A stretch of DNA of 64,000 nucleotides from Ruminococcus sp. (GTDB taxonomy: Bacteria; Bacillota; Clostridia; Oscillospirales; Acutalibacteraceae), in the NCBI GenBank assembly GCA_017458105.1, contig JAFTGC010000005.1, forward strand, positions 47,824 through 111,823, read 5' to 3'. Of the stretch, positions 41,403-51,502 are shown piece by piece (the stretch's first letter is position 1; each line of letters starts with the position of its first letter). Made by a program: the position numbers and the translations under genes. The notes beneath the pieces are model-generated. The model saw only the letters and a list, made by a program, of their open reading frames with translations. It was not told the origin of the DNA and ran no database searches.

Positions 41403-43229
41403 TTGGCGAAACACGCAGCAACCAAAGAGGATGCTAAATATAACAGAGGCATAACAGCCCATTCAAAGCCGAAAAAGGACAAATCTGTAAAAAGTCAAAC
41501 ATTTTTCAAAGGTGCCATGATAATGTCCATTGCCATTATCGTTGTAAAACTTTGCGGAATGGTCTATAAGGTTGCCCTCACAAGAGTTTACGGCCTTTTT
41601 GGCGAGGAACTTGCTTCTTTCGGTATGGGACTTTTTAACAATGCCTACGAAATTTATGTGCCGTTATTTACTATTGCAACGGGAGGTTTTCCTATTGCTA
41701 TTTCAAGGCTGATTTCGGAAAGCAACGCTCAAAACAGATATAAAGATATACGAAGAATACATAAGGTTTCACTGCCTGTGTTTATCGTTATGGGCATAGT
41801 TTGTACATTGCTTATGTTTATGGGCAGTTTCTTTTACATAAAAATCATTGATTCACCGTATGCACTGCCGTCAATGATTTGCCTCTCACCAACGATATTT
41901 TTCGGTTGTCTGGTGGCTGTTTACAGAGGATATTTTGAGGGTTTGCGAAATATGACGGCAACCTCGGTTTCTGAAATAATCGAGGGCCTTTCAAAGCTGG
42001 CAATCGGACTTACTCTTTCGTATGTTATTATGAAGTTGGGTATGGACAGCTACGAGGCAAACGGTACGATTTTCGGTCTGACTTTTGAAGATAAAACAAC
42101 TGCATTTTACACTTTGGTGAGTTACTCGGTTTCGGGTGCAGTGCTGGGTATAACAATCGGCGGACTGCTCAGTTTTTTGTATGTTTTTATAAAATACAAA
42201 AGGTGCAACGGCGGTATCACCGAAGAGCAAATTCACAATTCGGTTGATGCTAAAAGCAAGGATGCTATTTTTAAGGTTTTGTTAAAAACAGCAATTCCTA
42301 TTGGATTAGGTGCACTGGTTATGAACATCAGCGGTACAATTGACGGAATGATTATCCAAAGGGTGATTTCCGATATGGCAGAAACCAACTCCGCAGAGCT
42401 TGCCAGACAGTACCCTATGTATGTTGGTGCCATTAAAAACGGAACTTTGCAAACCAGTCTTTGGGGATGCTACGGTGCCGCACTCACATTGATGCAGTTA
42501 GTAACTGCAATTACACAGGTGTTTGGCTCAACGGCTATGCCTAATGTGACTAATGCGTACACAAAGGGTGACCGTAAAGAGCTTAGAGCAAGTATGAATA
42601 AAGTCCTGAAGCTGACTTGTATTGTAACTTTGCCTCTTGGCATAGGTATGGCTGTACTTGCCGACCCTATTATGCAGATAACTTACGGAGGCTCAGTGGC
42701 AATTGTAGGTGCAAAATGCCTGAGAATTATGGGTCTTGCAGTGTTGTTTATGGCTGCAAGTACACCGATTTGCTCAATGCTCCAGGGTGTTGGCAAGGTT
42801 AGTACACCTGTTACATTGTACACAATTGCGGTTATTATAAAAATTATTATGAATTTCCTGCTTGTTACAAATGTAGATATAAATATTGCAGGTGCAGCCA
42901 CGGGAACGCTTGTCGGTTATCTTTTTGTATGTGTTGTTGCAATGTATATACTTGTTAAGTCAACAAATATACGACCTGACTTTATGAATACCGTTATCAA
43001 ACCGTTTATAGGTGCTATCACCTGCGGATTGATCGCCTATGCAGTATATTATTGGTTTGCAATAAATTTCTTTGGAGTTTTTGTTGCTACAATGATAAGT
43101 GTATGCGTCGCTGCCGCAGTGTACTTAATTGTTTTGATTTTACTCAAAACTTTTACGGCAGAGGATCTTTCGATGTTTACAAAAAATCCTAAGCTTGCCT
43201 CGATTTTCAGTAAACTGGGAATAGTATAA
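41403..43229 (+). CDS. MOP-superfamily flippase (SpoVB/YtgP-like)
   Basis: KGA.....A....K, GFPIAISRLISE, RGYFEG, LQGVGK, GAATGT; many TMs. Confidence 0.88.
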   Translation: MAKHAATKEDAKYNRGITAHSKPKKDKSVKSQTFFKGAMIMSIAIIVVKLCGMVYKVALTRVYGLFGEELASFGMGLFNNAYEIYVPLFTIATGGFPIAISRLISESNAQNRYKDIRRIHKVSLPVFIVMGIVCTLLMFMGSFFYIKIIDSPYALPSMICLSPTIFFGCLVAVYRGYFEGLRNMTATSVSEIIEGLSKLAIGLTLSYVIMKLGMDSYEANGTIFGLTFEDKTTAFYTLVSYSVSGAVLGITIGGLLSFLYVFIKYKRCNGGITEEQIHNSVDAKSKDAIFKVLLKTAIPIGLGALVMNISGTIDGMIIQRVISDMAETNSAELARQYPMYVGAIKNGTLQTSLWGCYGAALTLMQLVTAITQVFGSTAMPNVTNAYTKGDRKELRASMNKVLKLTCIVTLPLGIGMAVLADPIMQITYGGSVAIVGAKCLRIMGLAVLFMAASTPICSMLQGVGKVSTPVTLYTIAVIIKIIMNFLLVTNVDINIAGAATGTLVGYLFVCVVAMYILVKSTNIRPDFMNTVIKPFIGAITCGLIAYAVYYWFAINFFGVFVATMISVCVAAAVYLIVLILLKTFTAEDLSMFTKNPKLASIFSKLGIV

Positions 43230-43250
43230 AATAAAATTATGTGTTATGTT

Positions 43251-43280
43251 CCGGGTTGTCAGTTTGACAGCCCGGTTTTT
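43251..43280 (+). terminator. Intrinsic terminator between convergent genes
   Basis: CCGGGTTGTCA / TGACAGCCCGG then TTTTT. Confidence 0.8.
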
Positions 43281-43308
43281 ATATATTAATACCGTCTTTC
43301 ACTGCTCA

Positions 43309-43974
43309 CTAGAATATTGATAGTTTGTTGTTGTTGTCACAAACTGCGAGTAAAACCTCTTTTGCGTTATGGTAGCCCTTTTCATCAAGCTGTTTTTGCA
43401 GCCATGTTTCATCAAGTCCCTTTCTCTTAAGATTTTCATCAAGTATTCTGCCGTCCATAATAATTTCTGTGTTGATATATTCAGGCTGTAAAGAGAGCTT
43501 TATATCCTCCGGGTTAACAGGGCGTTTGGTGCTGATTGGCAGAATAGTGAGCTTTCCGTTATATTCAAAAATTGCCGTCTGAATATCGTTTAAATTAAAA
43601 TAGCCTTCTTGCCTGCACATCATCATAAATTCACTTAGGTCAAGCTTTGCTTTTTTTAGGTTTTTACGGTAAATTTTACCGTCGTTCATTATAATTGTAG
43701 GGGTACCGTTGACATACTTTCGCGTTTTTGGAAAATAGCTGGTTATAAGACTGAGCGTAAATGAAACTAAACCGTAAACGATTAGTGCAACCAGAGATTT
43801 CCACGGCGATTCAAGATCCGTAGCCATTTCAGCAGCGATAGAACCTATTGTTATGCCCGAAATGTAATCAAAAAAATCAAGCTGAGCCACCTGTTTATGT
43901 CCCAGAATTTTTGCTATAATAAATATTGTTACCGCTGAAAATAACGAAGTAAGTATAACTTGCAGTATTGTCAT
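43309..43974 (-). CDS. DUF421 / YetF-family membrane protein
   Basis: GHKQVAQLDFFD..GITIGS, G.P.....G.I...NL, AIFE.NG; ATG 43974 after AGGAGG. Confidence 0.9.
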   Translation of the reverse strand: MTILQVILTSLFSAVTIFIIAKILGHKQVAQLDFFDYISGITIGSIAAEMATDLESPWKSLVALIVYGLVSFTLSLITSYFPKTRKYVNGTPTIIMNDGKIYRKNLKKAKLDLSEFMMMCRQEGYFNLNDIQTAIFEYNGKLTILPISTKRPVNPEDIKLSLQPEYINTEIIMDGRILDENLKRKGLDETWLQKQLDEKGYHNAKEVLLAVCDNNNKLSIF

Positions 43975-44005
43975 AATTTGCTGCCTCCTGTATTTAATTA
44001 AGGTG

Positions 44006-44038
44006 AAAAACGCCATTTGAAAAGTTACAAATGGCGTT
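44006..44038 (-). terminator. Terminator between small gene and DUF421 gene
   Basis: AACGCCATTTG / CAAATGGCGTT 11-bp stem; T5 on minus strand. Confidence 0.75.
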
Positions 44039-44043
44039 AAAAT

Positions 44044-44319
44044 TTATAAATCCTGTAAATCTGCCGCCGTAATGTCATTCTCAAGGTTATCCCTGGCCAG
44101 GTCGTTGTCAATAGTAGTGTAAACCGGAGAAATAGGTTTATCTTCAGAAGTAGGTTTTGTATGATAAACCTTTTGTGACACTGATTTATCTTCTGCTATG
44201 ATAGGATTAACCTTGGTTTTTCCGTGTTTAGCTTTACCCTGTATTTCAGGTACCGGCGGCATTTGATTGTGCGGATGCGTATGGGTTCGCTCAGGTCGTT
44301 TCATTCCTTGTTTTGCCAT
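44044..44319 (-). CDS. Small hydrophilic hypothetical protein
   Basis: 91 aa; RBS GAGGTGA; basic N-half, acidic C-terminus. Confidence 0.75.
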   Translation of the reverse strand: MAKQGMKRPERTHTHPHNQMPPVPEIQGKAKHGKTKVNPIIAEDKSVSQKVYHTKPTSEDKPISPVYTTIDNDLARDNLENDITAADLQDL

Positions 44320-44335
44320 TTTATCACCTCGTAAT

Positions 44336-44364
44336 TATTGTGTACCGTATTGAGAATTTTATAC
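44336..44364 (-). promoter_or_regulatory. Putative forespore (SigG/SigF-type) promoter
   Basis: Minus strand GTATA-17-CACAATA, close to SigG consensus; upstream of a YetF-family gene. Confidence 0.5.
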
Positions 44365-44443
44365 TTTTAGGGCAACACTGCAGATTGATGTTGTGATGTA
44401 AAGGATAATTCTTCTAAAAATAAAAAAATTATCCTTTAAAATG

Positions 44444-44472
44444 TTGAAAGCATTTTCTGTTTATGTTATAAT
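44444..44472 (+). promoter_or_regulatory. SigA promoter of aspS-gatCAB
   Basis: TTGAAA-17-TATAAT with TG. Confidence 0.8.
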
Positions 44473-44542
44473 TACACAATATGGGGTCAGTGTGCCTGTT
44501 GACAGGTTACTGAGCCAATCATTCCGGAAAGGAAAGAAAGAA

Positions 44543-46288
44543 ATGCTGAGAGAAAATATTTATCGCACTGTTACTTGTGGTGAATTAAGAGAAGATAACA
44601 TCGGTCAAACCGTTCGTGTCGCAGGTTGGGTAGAAAATATCCGTGACCACGGCGGTGTAATGTTTCTTGATATTCGTGACCACTACGGTGTGCTTCAGGT
44701 TGTAGTTCATAATGACGAGCTTTTAAAGAATATCAACCGTGAGTGTACTGTTACACTGTCGGGTAAAGTAGTAAGAAGAGATGACGAAACAATCAATAAG
44801 AAGATTGCAACAGGTTACATTGAGGTTCATACCGAGGACATAAAAGTTCTTGGCAAGTGTAAAAACAATCTTCCGTTTGAGGTTATGACTTCTACCAATA
44901 CATCTGAGGATGTTCGTCTTAAATACAGATTCCTCGACCTGAGAAATCCAAAAGTACACAATAATATTGTGTTAAGAAGTAACATCATTACATTTTTAAG
45001 AAATAAAATGGCAGAGATTGGTTTTCTTGAGTTACAAACTCCGATTCTGTCAACATCATCACCTGAGGGTGCCCGTGATTATCTGATTCCTTCAAGAAAA
45101 CACAAGGGCAAGTTTTACGCACTTCCGCAGGCTCCTCAGATATTTAAACAGCTTCTGATGGTTTCCGGCTTTGACAAGTACTTTCAGATTGCACCTTGTT
45201 TCCGTGATGAGGACGCAAGAGCTGACCGTTCACCGGGTGAATTCTATCAGTTAGACTTTGAGATGGCTTTTGCAACTCAGGAGGATGTTTTTGCTGTTGC
45301 TGAAGAAGTGCTGTACGAAACATTTACAAAGTTCAGCAATAAAGAAGTAAGCAAACCGCCGTTTAAGAGAATCCCTTACAAAGAGTCAATGCTCAAGTAC
45401 GGCACAGATAAGCCTGACCTCAGAAATCCTCTTGAAATTATTGAAATTTCAGATATGTTTGAAGAAACCGACTTTGCACCGTTCCGCAAAAAGACAGTTC
45501 GTTCAATAAATGTTCCCGACTGTGCAAAGCAGAGCAAAAAATGGTTTAAAAGGATGGAAGAGTTTGCTCTTTCAATCGGTATGAAGGGTCTTGGTTATGT
45601 AAAAGTCAACGAGGATTTGACTTTTGACGGACCTATTGATAAGTTCCTTAAACCGGGTGACAGAGAAGAACTTATTGCAAGAAACAGCTCTAAGGCAGGC
45701 GATGTAATTTACTTTATTGCCGATACTCCTGAGCAGGCTCCGCTCCTTGCGGGTCAGATTAGAACAGAGGTTGCAAACAGACTTGACCTTATTGATAAGT
45801 CAAAGTTTGAGATGTGCTTTATTGTTGATTTCCCTATGTTTGAGCATGATGATGACGGCAAACTTGCCTTTACTCATAACCCGTTCTCAATGCCACAGGG
45901 CGGTATGGAAGCACTCGAAAATCAGGAGCCGACCGAAATCCTTGCATATCAGTACGATATTGTTTGCAACGGAGTAGAGCTTTCTTCCGGTGCAGTGCGT
46001 AACCACGACCTCGACATTATGGTTAAGGCATTTGGAATGGCAGGCTACAGCGAGGACGATTTAAAGACAAAATTCGGCTCGCTTTATACAGCATTCAGCT
46101 ACGGTGCACCACCTCATGCAGGTATGGCACCGGGCGTTGACAGAATGATTATGCTCCTTACCGAAGAAGAAAACATCCGTGAGGTCATTGCATTCCCTAT
46201 GAACAGCAATGCTCAGGATTTGCTTTTGGGCAGTCCGGGAGAAGTCACCGAGCAGCAGCTTAGGGAAGTTCATATTAAGTTGAGATAA
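44543..46288 (+). CDS. aspS: Aspartate--tRNA ligase, probably non-discriminating
   Basis: RDHGG, PEGARDY, FRDED.RADR, HNPF, PPHAG; operon with gatCAB; ATG 44543 after GGAAAGG. Confidence 0.96.
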   Translation: MLRENIYRTVTCGELREDNIGQTVRVAGWVENIRDHGGVMFLDIRDHYGVLQVVVHNDELLKNINRECTVTLSGKVVRRDDETINKKIATGYIEVHTEDIKVLGKCKNNLPFEVMTSTNTSEDVRLKYRFLDLRNPKVHNNIVLRSNIITFLRNKMAEIGFLELQTPILSTSSPEGARDYLIPSRKHKGKFYALPQAPQIFKQLLMVSGFDKYFQIAPCFRDEDARADRSPGEFYQLDFEMAFATQEDVFAVAEEVLYETFTKFSNKEVSKPPFKRIPYKESMLKYGTDKPDLRNPLEIIEISDMFEETDFAPFRKKTVRSINVPDCAKQSKKWFKRMEEFALSIGMKGLGYVKVNEDLTFDGPIDKFLKPGDREELIARNSSKAGDVIYFIADTPEQAPLLAGQIRTEVANRLDLIDKSKFEMCFIVDFPMFEHDDDGKLAFTHNPFSMPQGGMEALENQEPTEILAYQYDIVCNGVELSSGAVRNHDLDIMVKAFGMAGYSEDDLKTKFGSLYTAFSYGAPPHAGMAPGVDRMIMLLTEEENIREVIAFPMNSNAQDLLLGSPGEVTEQQLREVHIKLR

Positions 46289-46335
46289 TCACAGATTAAT
46301 CGGCTTATCTATGTATATAAAATAAAGGTGAAAAT

Positions 46336-46614
46336 ATGATTACCAGAGAAGATGTAGAGAACATTGCATTGCTCTCAAAGCTGTTTGTTCCCGAGGAGGA
46401 AATGGATAGCCTTACAGAATCAATGCAGGAAATCGTCCGTTTTGCTGATACAATTAATAATGCAGATACCGAGGGCGTCGAGTTTGATAATATAAACAAC
46501 CTTTCAAATGTACTTCGTGAGGACGAGGTTAAACCGTCCTATCCAAGCGAGGAAATCCTCAAAAACGCACCTGAGCAGGCAGAGGAACATTTTCTTGTGA
46601 GAAAACACGCTTAA
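46336..46614 (+). CDS. gatC: Asp/Glu-tRNA amidotransferase subunit C
   Basis: MIT.E.V..IA.L..L, LRED, NAP. Confidence 0.93.
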   Translation: MITREDVENIALLSKLFVPEEEMDSLTESMQEIVRFADTINNADTEGVEFDNINNLSNVLREDEVKPSYPSEEILKNAPEQAEEHFLVRKHA

Positions 46615-46624
46615 GGAGTGCATT

Positions 46625-48082
46625 ATGGGATATATCAAGAAAATTCAGAATATGCTCACCGGCGGTGAAATCACCTGCGTTGAGTTTACTAAAAAATATT
46701 TAGAGGCAATCAAAACAGATAACAAAGAACTGAATGCCTATGTCACCGTAACCGAGGAAGAAGCCCTTGCCACAGCCCAAAAGGTTGATGAAAAAATCGC
46801 AAGGGGAGAAGAACTCCTTCCGCTCGAGGGTGTTCCTATGACACTCAAGGATAACATCTCTACAAAAGGGATTGAAACTACCTGTTGCAGTAAAATCCTC
46901 AGCGGTTACAAACCGATTTATAATGCTACAGTCTGGGATATACTCAAGAACCAGAATGCTGTCCTGCTTGGCAAAACCAATATGGACGAATTTGCAATGG
47001 GCTCCTCGTGTGAAACTTCCTGTTTTGGCGGTGCTATGAATCCTCATAACACATGCTATGTTTCAGGTGGCTCGTCGGGCGGTGTTGCTTCTGCTGTTGC
47101 AGGCGATATTGCCGTTTTTGGGCTTGGTTCCGACACAGGCGGAAGTATCCGTCAGCCTGCTTCGTTTTGTGGAATTGTCGGGCTTAAGCCAACCTACGGT
47201 GCTGTTTCAAGATACGGTCTTGTTGCATATGCAAGCTCGCTCGACCAGATTGGGCCTATCACAAAAACTGTTGAAGACACTGCAATTGTATTTGATAACA
47301 TTTCAGTTTACGATAAAAAGGACTCAACAAGCTGTAATAAAAATATTTCTCCTACGGTCGATACCCTCAATAAAGATATAAAAGGGAAGAAAATCGGTAT
47401 TGCCAGGGAGTACCTTGACGGAGTCAGAGATGATGTTAAAGAATCAATCCTTGCTGCGGCTGAAAAGTACAAGGAACTTGGTGCGGAGATTGTGTATTTT
47501 GACCTTCCTGCCCTAAAGTTTGCACTTCCTGTTTATTACATCCTTGCTTGTGCGGAGGCATCTTCAAACCTCGGCAGATACGACGGAATAAGATACGGCT
47601 ACAAAACCGAGCATTACGAGGGTACTCACGATATGATTTGCCGTACCAGAAGCGAGGGTTTTGGAGATGAAGTAAAGCGTAGAATTCTCCTCGGTACCTA
47701 TGTATTGTCCGCAGGTTACTATGACGCTTATTATAAAAAGGCACAGAACCTCAGGGGCACAATCATCAAGGCTTTTGAAGATGCTTTTGAAAATGTAGAT
47801 GTAATTCTTGCTCCTACTGTACCTATGACTGCGTTTGAAAAGGGCAAGGCAACCTCTGACCCTGTAGAAACCTACCTGACTGACATCTGCACAGTTCCTA
47901 TTAATATTGCCGGTTTGCCGTCTGTATCAATCCCTTGTGGATTCAACTCCAACGGTATGCCTATTGGTATGCAGATTATAGGCAAAAAGTTTGATGAGGC
48001 AACAATCCTCAATGTCGCATATAAATACGAGCAGGTATGTCCTGAAAACTTCAAAGATACAAAGTGGGGTGTTAAGCTGTGA
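46625..48082 (+). CDS. gatA: Amidotransferase subunit A
   Basis: KDNI, GKTNMDEFAMG, GGSSGG, DTGGSIRQPA. Confidence 0.97.
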   Translation: MGYIKKIQNMLTGGEITCVEFTKKYLEAIKTDNKELNAYVTVTEEEALATAQKVDEKIARGEELLPLEGVPMTLKDNISTKGIETTCCSKILSGYKPIYNATVWDILKNQNAVLLGKTNMDEFAMGSSCETSCFGGAMNPHNTCYVSGGSSGGVASAVAGDIAVFGLGSDTGGSIRQPASFCGIVGLKPTYGAVSRYGLVAYASSLDQIGPITKTVEDTAIVFDNISVYDKKDSTSCNKNISPTVDTLNKDIKGKKIGIAREYLDGVRDDVKESILAAAEKYKELGAEIVYFDLPALKFALPVYYILACAEASSNLGRYDGIRYGYKTEHYEGTHDMICRTRSEGFGDEVKRRILLGTYVLSAGYYDAYYKKAQNLRGTIIKAFEDAFENVDVILAPTVPMTAFEKGKATSDPVETYLTDICTVPINIAGLPSVSIPCGFNSNGMPIGMQIIGKKFDEATILNVAYKYEQVCPENFKDTKWGVKL

Positions 48083-49491
48083 AATATGAATTAGTAGCGG
48101 GCTTTGAAACCCACATAGAATTAGGAACAAACACAAAAATCTTCTGTTCATGTTCAACCGAGTTTGGCGGCGAACCTAACAGCCATTGTTGTCCTGTTTG
48201 CATAGGTCTGCCGGGTACGCTCCCTGTGCTTAACAAAAAAGTAGTTGAGTACGGTGTTATGGCAGGTCTTGCCACAAACGGTAAAATTGCTAATATTTCA
48301 AAAATGGACAGAAAAAACTACTGCTATCCTGACCTTTCCAAAGCATATCAGATTAGCCAGCTCTACGCACCGCTCTCAATTGGCGGTTATGTTCAGCTTT
48401 CAAACGGAAGAAAAATCCGCCTGCATCATATCCATATTGAAGAAGATGCAGGAAAATTAATTCACAACCACGGTGATACTTATGTAGACTACAACCGTGG
48501 CGGAGTTCCGCTGATTGAGATTGTTTCCGAGCCTGATATTCGTTCTATTGACGAAGCAAGGGAGTATGTCGAAAAGCTGCAGCAGGTAATGCGTTACATC
48601 GGAATTTCTGACTGCCGTATGCAGGAGGGTTCAATGCGTTGTGATGTTAATATTTCTGTTCGCCCTGTAGGCAGTGAAAAACTCGGCACAAGAACAGAAA
48701 TAAAAAATATGAACTCCATAACCTTCATTACCAAGGCCATGGAATATGAGTTTGAACGGCAGGTTGATTTAATCGAAAGCGGCGGTCAGGTTGTGCAGGA
48801 AACACTCCGTTATGATGATGCAACTAACACAACTTCATCAATGAGGAGCAAAGAGGACGCACACGACTATAGGTATTTTCGTGACCCTGACCTTGTTACA
48901 ATCAGTATTACTGATGAAGAAATTGAAGAAATCCGCAGTAAGCTCCCTGAGCTTCCACAGCAGAAGTGTGAAAGATATATAGACGAGCTTGAAATTCCAC
49001 CGGCAGACGCATCTCAGCTTACAAAATACAGAAATATTTCAGAGTATTTTGACAAAGCTATAGATGGGCTTAAAAAGCCTAAAACTGTAAGTAACTTTAT
49101 CATAAGTCAGATTTTCCGCACACTCCGCACCGAAGAGGATAAGGAGGCATTTGCTGTAAAGACAACCCCTGAACAACTCAATGAGCTTTGTAAGTTAATT
49201 GAGGACGGTAAGGTTCAAAACAACCTGGCAAAATCTGTACTTGATAAAATGCTTGAAAGCGGCAAACCATGCACCGAATATATTACCGAAGAGGATATGG
49301 CAGGTCTTGATGATGACCTTGTGGAGAAACTCTGCAAAGATGCAATTGCCAACAACCCTAAAGCTGTTGAGCAGTACAAGGCAGGTAAAGAAAAGGCAAT
49401 TATGGCATGTATGGGTTATGTTATGAAGAACTCAAAGGGCAAGGCAAACGCTCAGGATGTTTTGGCTAAGATAAAGTCACTCATAAGCTAA
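48079..49491 (+). CDS. gatB: Amidotransferase subunit B
   Basis: G.E.H, PGTLP, YPDL.K.YQ, EEDAGK, EIKNMNS, DYRYF. Confidence 0.97.
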   Translation: MKYELVAGFETHIELGTNTKIFCSCSTEFGGEPNSHCCPVCIGLPGTLPVLNKKVVEYGVMAGLATNGKIANISKMDRKNYCYPDLSKAYQISQLYAPLSIGGYVQLSNGRKIRLHHIHIEEDAGKLIHNHGDTYVDYNRGGVPLIEIVSEPDIRSIDEAREYVEKLQQVMRYIGISDCRMQEGSMRCDVNISVRPVGSEKLGTRTEIKNMNSITFITKAMEYEFERQVDLIESGGQVVQETLRYDDATNTTSSMRSKEDAHDYRYFRDPDLVTISITDEEIEEIRSKLPELPQQKCERYIDELEIPPADASQLTKYRNISEYFDKAIDGLKKPKTVSNFIISQIFRTLRTEEDKEAFAVKTTPEQLNELCKLIEDGKVQNNLAKSVLDKMLESGKPCTEYITEEDMAGLDDDLVEKLCKDAIANNPKAVEQYKAGKEKAIMACMGYVMKNSKGKANAQDVLAKIKSLIS

Positions 49492-49501
49492 GGTGAATTT
49501 T

Positions 49502-50011
49502 ATGAAGAAAATAATTGCATTTGCAATGTTATTTGTACTGATTTTTTCATTGGTCGGCTGTGGTGATACAAACAATGATGTGATGAATAACGGCAATAAA
49601 ACTACCGAGGAAACAACCCTTGCAGAGCCTGAGAAAACCGAACTTTCTGCCGAGGATTTTATCTCCGCACTTGGTTCATCTAAGGAATATGAATTTAAGA
49701 CGGAACTTAATTCCACAGTAGAAGATTTGGCGTTGTTCCCATATACCGGCTTAAAATACTGCGTGCTTGTCAGCCTTGATGATGTCAGCGTGGCTTCGTT
49801 TTTTGTCTTTGACAATGAAGAAAATGCTCAGACAGTGCTGGACGAAGCAAAGTCTGAAAATACCACAGGCTTTGACGATACCACAGGCAAAAATTTTGAA
49901 TCTGTAAAGCAAGGTTCTGTAGTTATTGAAAGAGTTGGCACAACCGTGCTGAATATTGCTGCAGAGGAAGAGGCTGTTACACAGGCTATACTTGCGGCAA
50001 CTGAATATTAA
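49502..50011 (+). CDS. Hypothetical lipoprotein
   Basis: MKK...LVGC lipobox; RBS AAGGTGA. Confidence 0.8.
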   Translation: MKKIIAFAMLFVLIFSLVGCGDTNNDVMNNGNKTTEETTLAEPEKTELSAEDFISALGSSKEYEFKTELNSTVEDLALFPYTGLKYCVLVSLDDVSVASFFVFDNEENAQTVLDEAKSENTTGFDDTTGKNFESVKQGSVVIERVGTTVLNIAAEEEAVTQAILAATEY

Positions 50012-50026
50012 GGTAAATAAAAAACT

Positions 50027-50075
50027 TCCCCCGAATTTGCGGTCATTTCAATGCTCCGCTGTTTCGGGGGATTTT
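50027..50075. terminator. Bidirectional terminator
   Basis: TCCCCCGAA / TTCGGGGGA with A-run before and T-run after; convergent genes. Confidence 0.75.
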
Positions 50076-50093
50076 AATTATATTATTAAAGTT

Positions 50094-51482
50094 TTAAGCC
50101 TCAAATTTGATTTTATCCTCAATATAAGGAATTAGTTCTTCAACTTTAAGTTCAGTCTGTTGCATTGTATCTCTATCTCGAAGTGTAACAATATTCTGCT
50201 CAACTGTCTTTTCGTCAACGCTTATCTGCCAAGGAGTACCGATTGCATCTGCTCTTCTGTAACGCTTGCCTATTGAACCGGATTCATCATAGCTTACTGT
50301 AAAGTGTTTTTTACATATATCCATAATTTCGTGAGCCTTTTCAGCGTGGAACTTCTTCTTAATAGGGCAAATATTCAGCTTGATTGGTGCAAGTGCAGGG
50401 GCGATTTTGAGCAACTCTCGTGTATCGCCGTTTTCAAGTTCTTCAACTCTGTATGCTTCAAACAGAACAGCCAGTACAATTCTGTCAAGTCCGTAGGTCG
50501 ATTCAATGATATACGGAGTAAACTTTTCACCTGTGGTCTGGTCGCAATATTCCTGTTTTTTACCGCTGTATTCGCTGTGGCGTGTCAGGTCAAAGTCAGT
50601 GCGGTTGTGAGTGCCGTTAATTTCGCCCCAACCAAACGGGAAGAGGTACTCAATGTCGCAGGCAGCTTTTGCATAGTGAGCTAGCTTTTCGTGGTCGTGA
50701 TGACGGAGTTTTTCGCTCGGCAAACCGAGTAAATTGAAGAATTTAATTCCGTATTCTTTAAAATAATTGTAAAGCTCTTCATCGTCGCCCTTTTTGCAGA
50801 AGGTCTGGAACTCCATCTGCTCAAATTCAATGGTACGGAAAGTAAAGTTACCCGGTGTTATTTCGTTACGGAAAGCCTTACCTATCTGACCGATTGAGAA
50901 AGGCAGCTTTGTTCTTGTTGTTCTCAGTACATTTTGAAAGTTTACATACTCACCCTGAGCGTTTTCCGGACGCAAGTAAACAGTGTTTGCACTGTCATTT
51001 GTAACACCACGCTGGGTAGCAAACATAAGGTTAAACTGACGAATATCCGTAAAGTTTGATTTACCGCACTTAGGGCAGGGTACATTGTGTTCCTTGATGT
51101 AAGCGAGCATTTCATCCTGAGTCATACCGTCCGCGTGGGCATTTTCGTCAAAATCATCAATTAGGTTATCTGCTCTGTGACGGGTCTTGCACTCTTTGCA
51201 GTCAAGGAGCGGGTCAGAAAAGCTCTGAACATGACCGCTTGCTTCCCAAACCCTCGGGTTCATAAGAATGTCAGCGTCAACCTCATAGGCGTTATCTCTA
51301 AGCTGAATGAAAAAATATCTCCAGGCGTCTTTGATTGTGTTTTTAAGTCTTGAGCCAAGCGGACCGTAGTCCCATGTGTTAGCAAGTCCGCCGTAAATTT
51401 CACTGCCCTGGAAAATAAATCCGTAATTGTTGCAGTAATCAACAAGTTCTTTCATTTCAATCTTTTTGTTCTTTATATCCAT
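50094..51482 (-). CDS. glyQS: Glycine--tRNA ligase (alpha2 homodimer type)
   Basis: IYGGL...DYGPLG, YLRPE.AQG, FRNEITP, EFEQME, GSIGKRYRR.D.IG. Confidence 0.97.
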   Translation of the reverse strand: MDIKNKKIEMKELVDYCNNYGFIFQGSEIYGGLANTWDYGPLGSRLKNTIKDAWRYFFIQLRDNAYEVDADILMNPRVWEASGHVQSFSDPLLDCKECKTRHRADNLIDDFDENAHADGMTQDEMLAYIKEHNVPCPKCGKSNFTDIRQFNLMFATQRGVTNDSANTVYLRPENAQGEYVNFQNVLRTTRTKLPFSIGQIGKAFRNEITPGNFTFRTIEFEQMEFQTFCKKGDDEELYNYFKEYGIKFFNLLGLPSEKLRHHDHEKLAHYAKAACDIEYLFPFGWGEINGTHNRTDFDLTRHSEYSGKKQEYCDQTTGEKFTPYIIESTYGLDRIVLAVLFEAYRVEELENGDTRELLKIAPALAPIKLNICPIKKKFHAEKAHEIMDICKKHFTVSYDESGSIGKRYRRADAIGTPWQISVDEKTVEQNIVTLRDRDTMQQTELKVEELIPYIEDKIKFEA

Positions 51483-51502
51483 AATGAACCTCCTAGGTTA
51501 AT

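Noticed and set aside
50094-51482. Eukaryote/archaea-type homodimeric GlyRS as a sign of horizontal transfer
   Set aside because: This type is common in Clostridia, and composition matches the backbone
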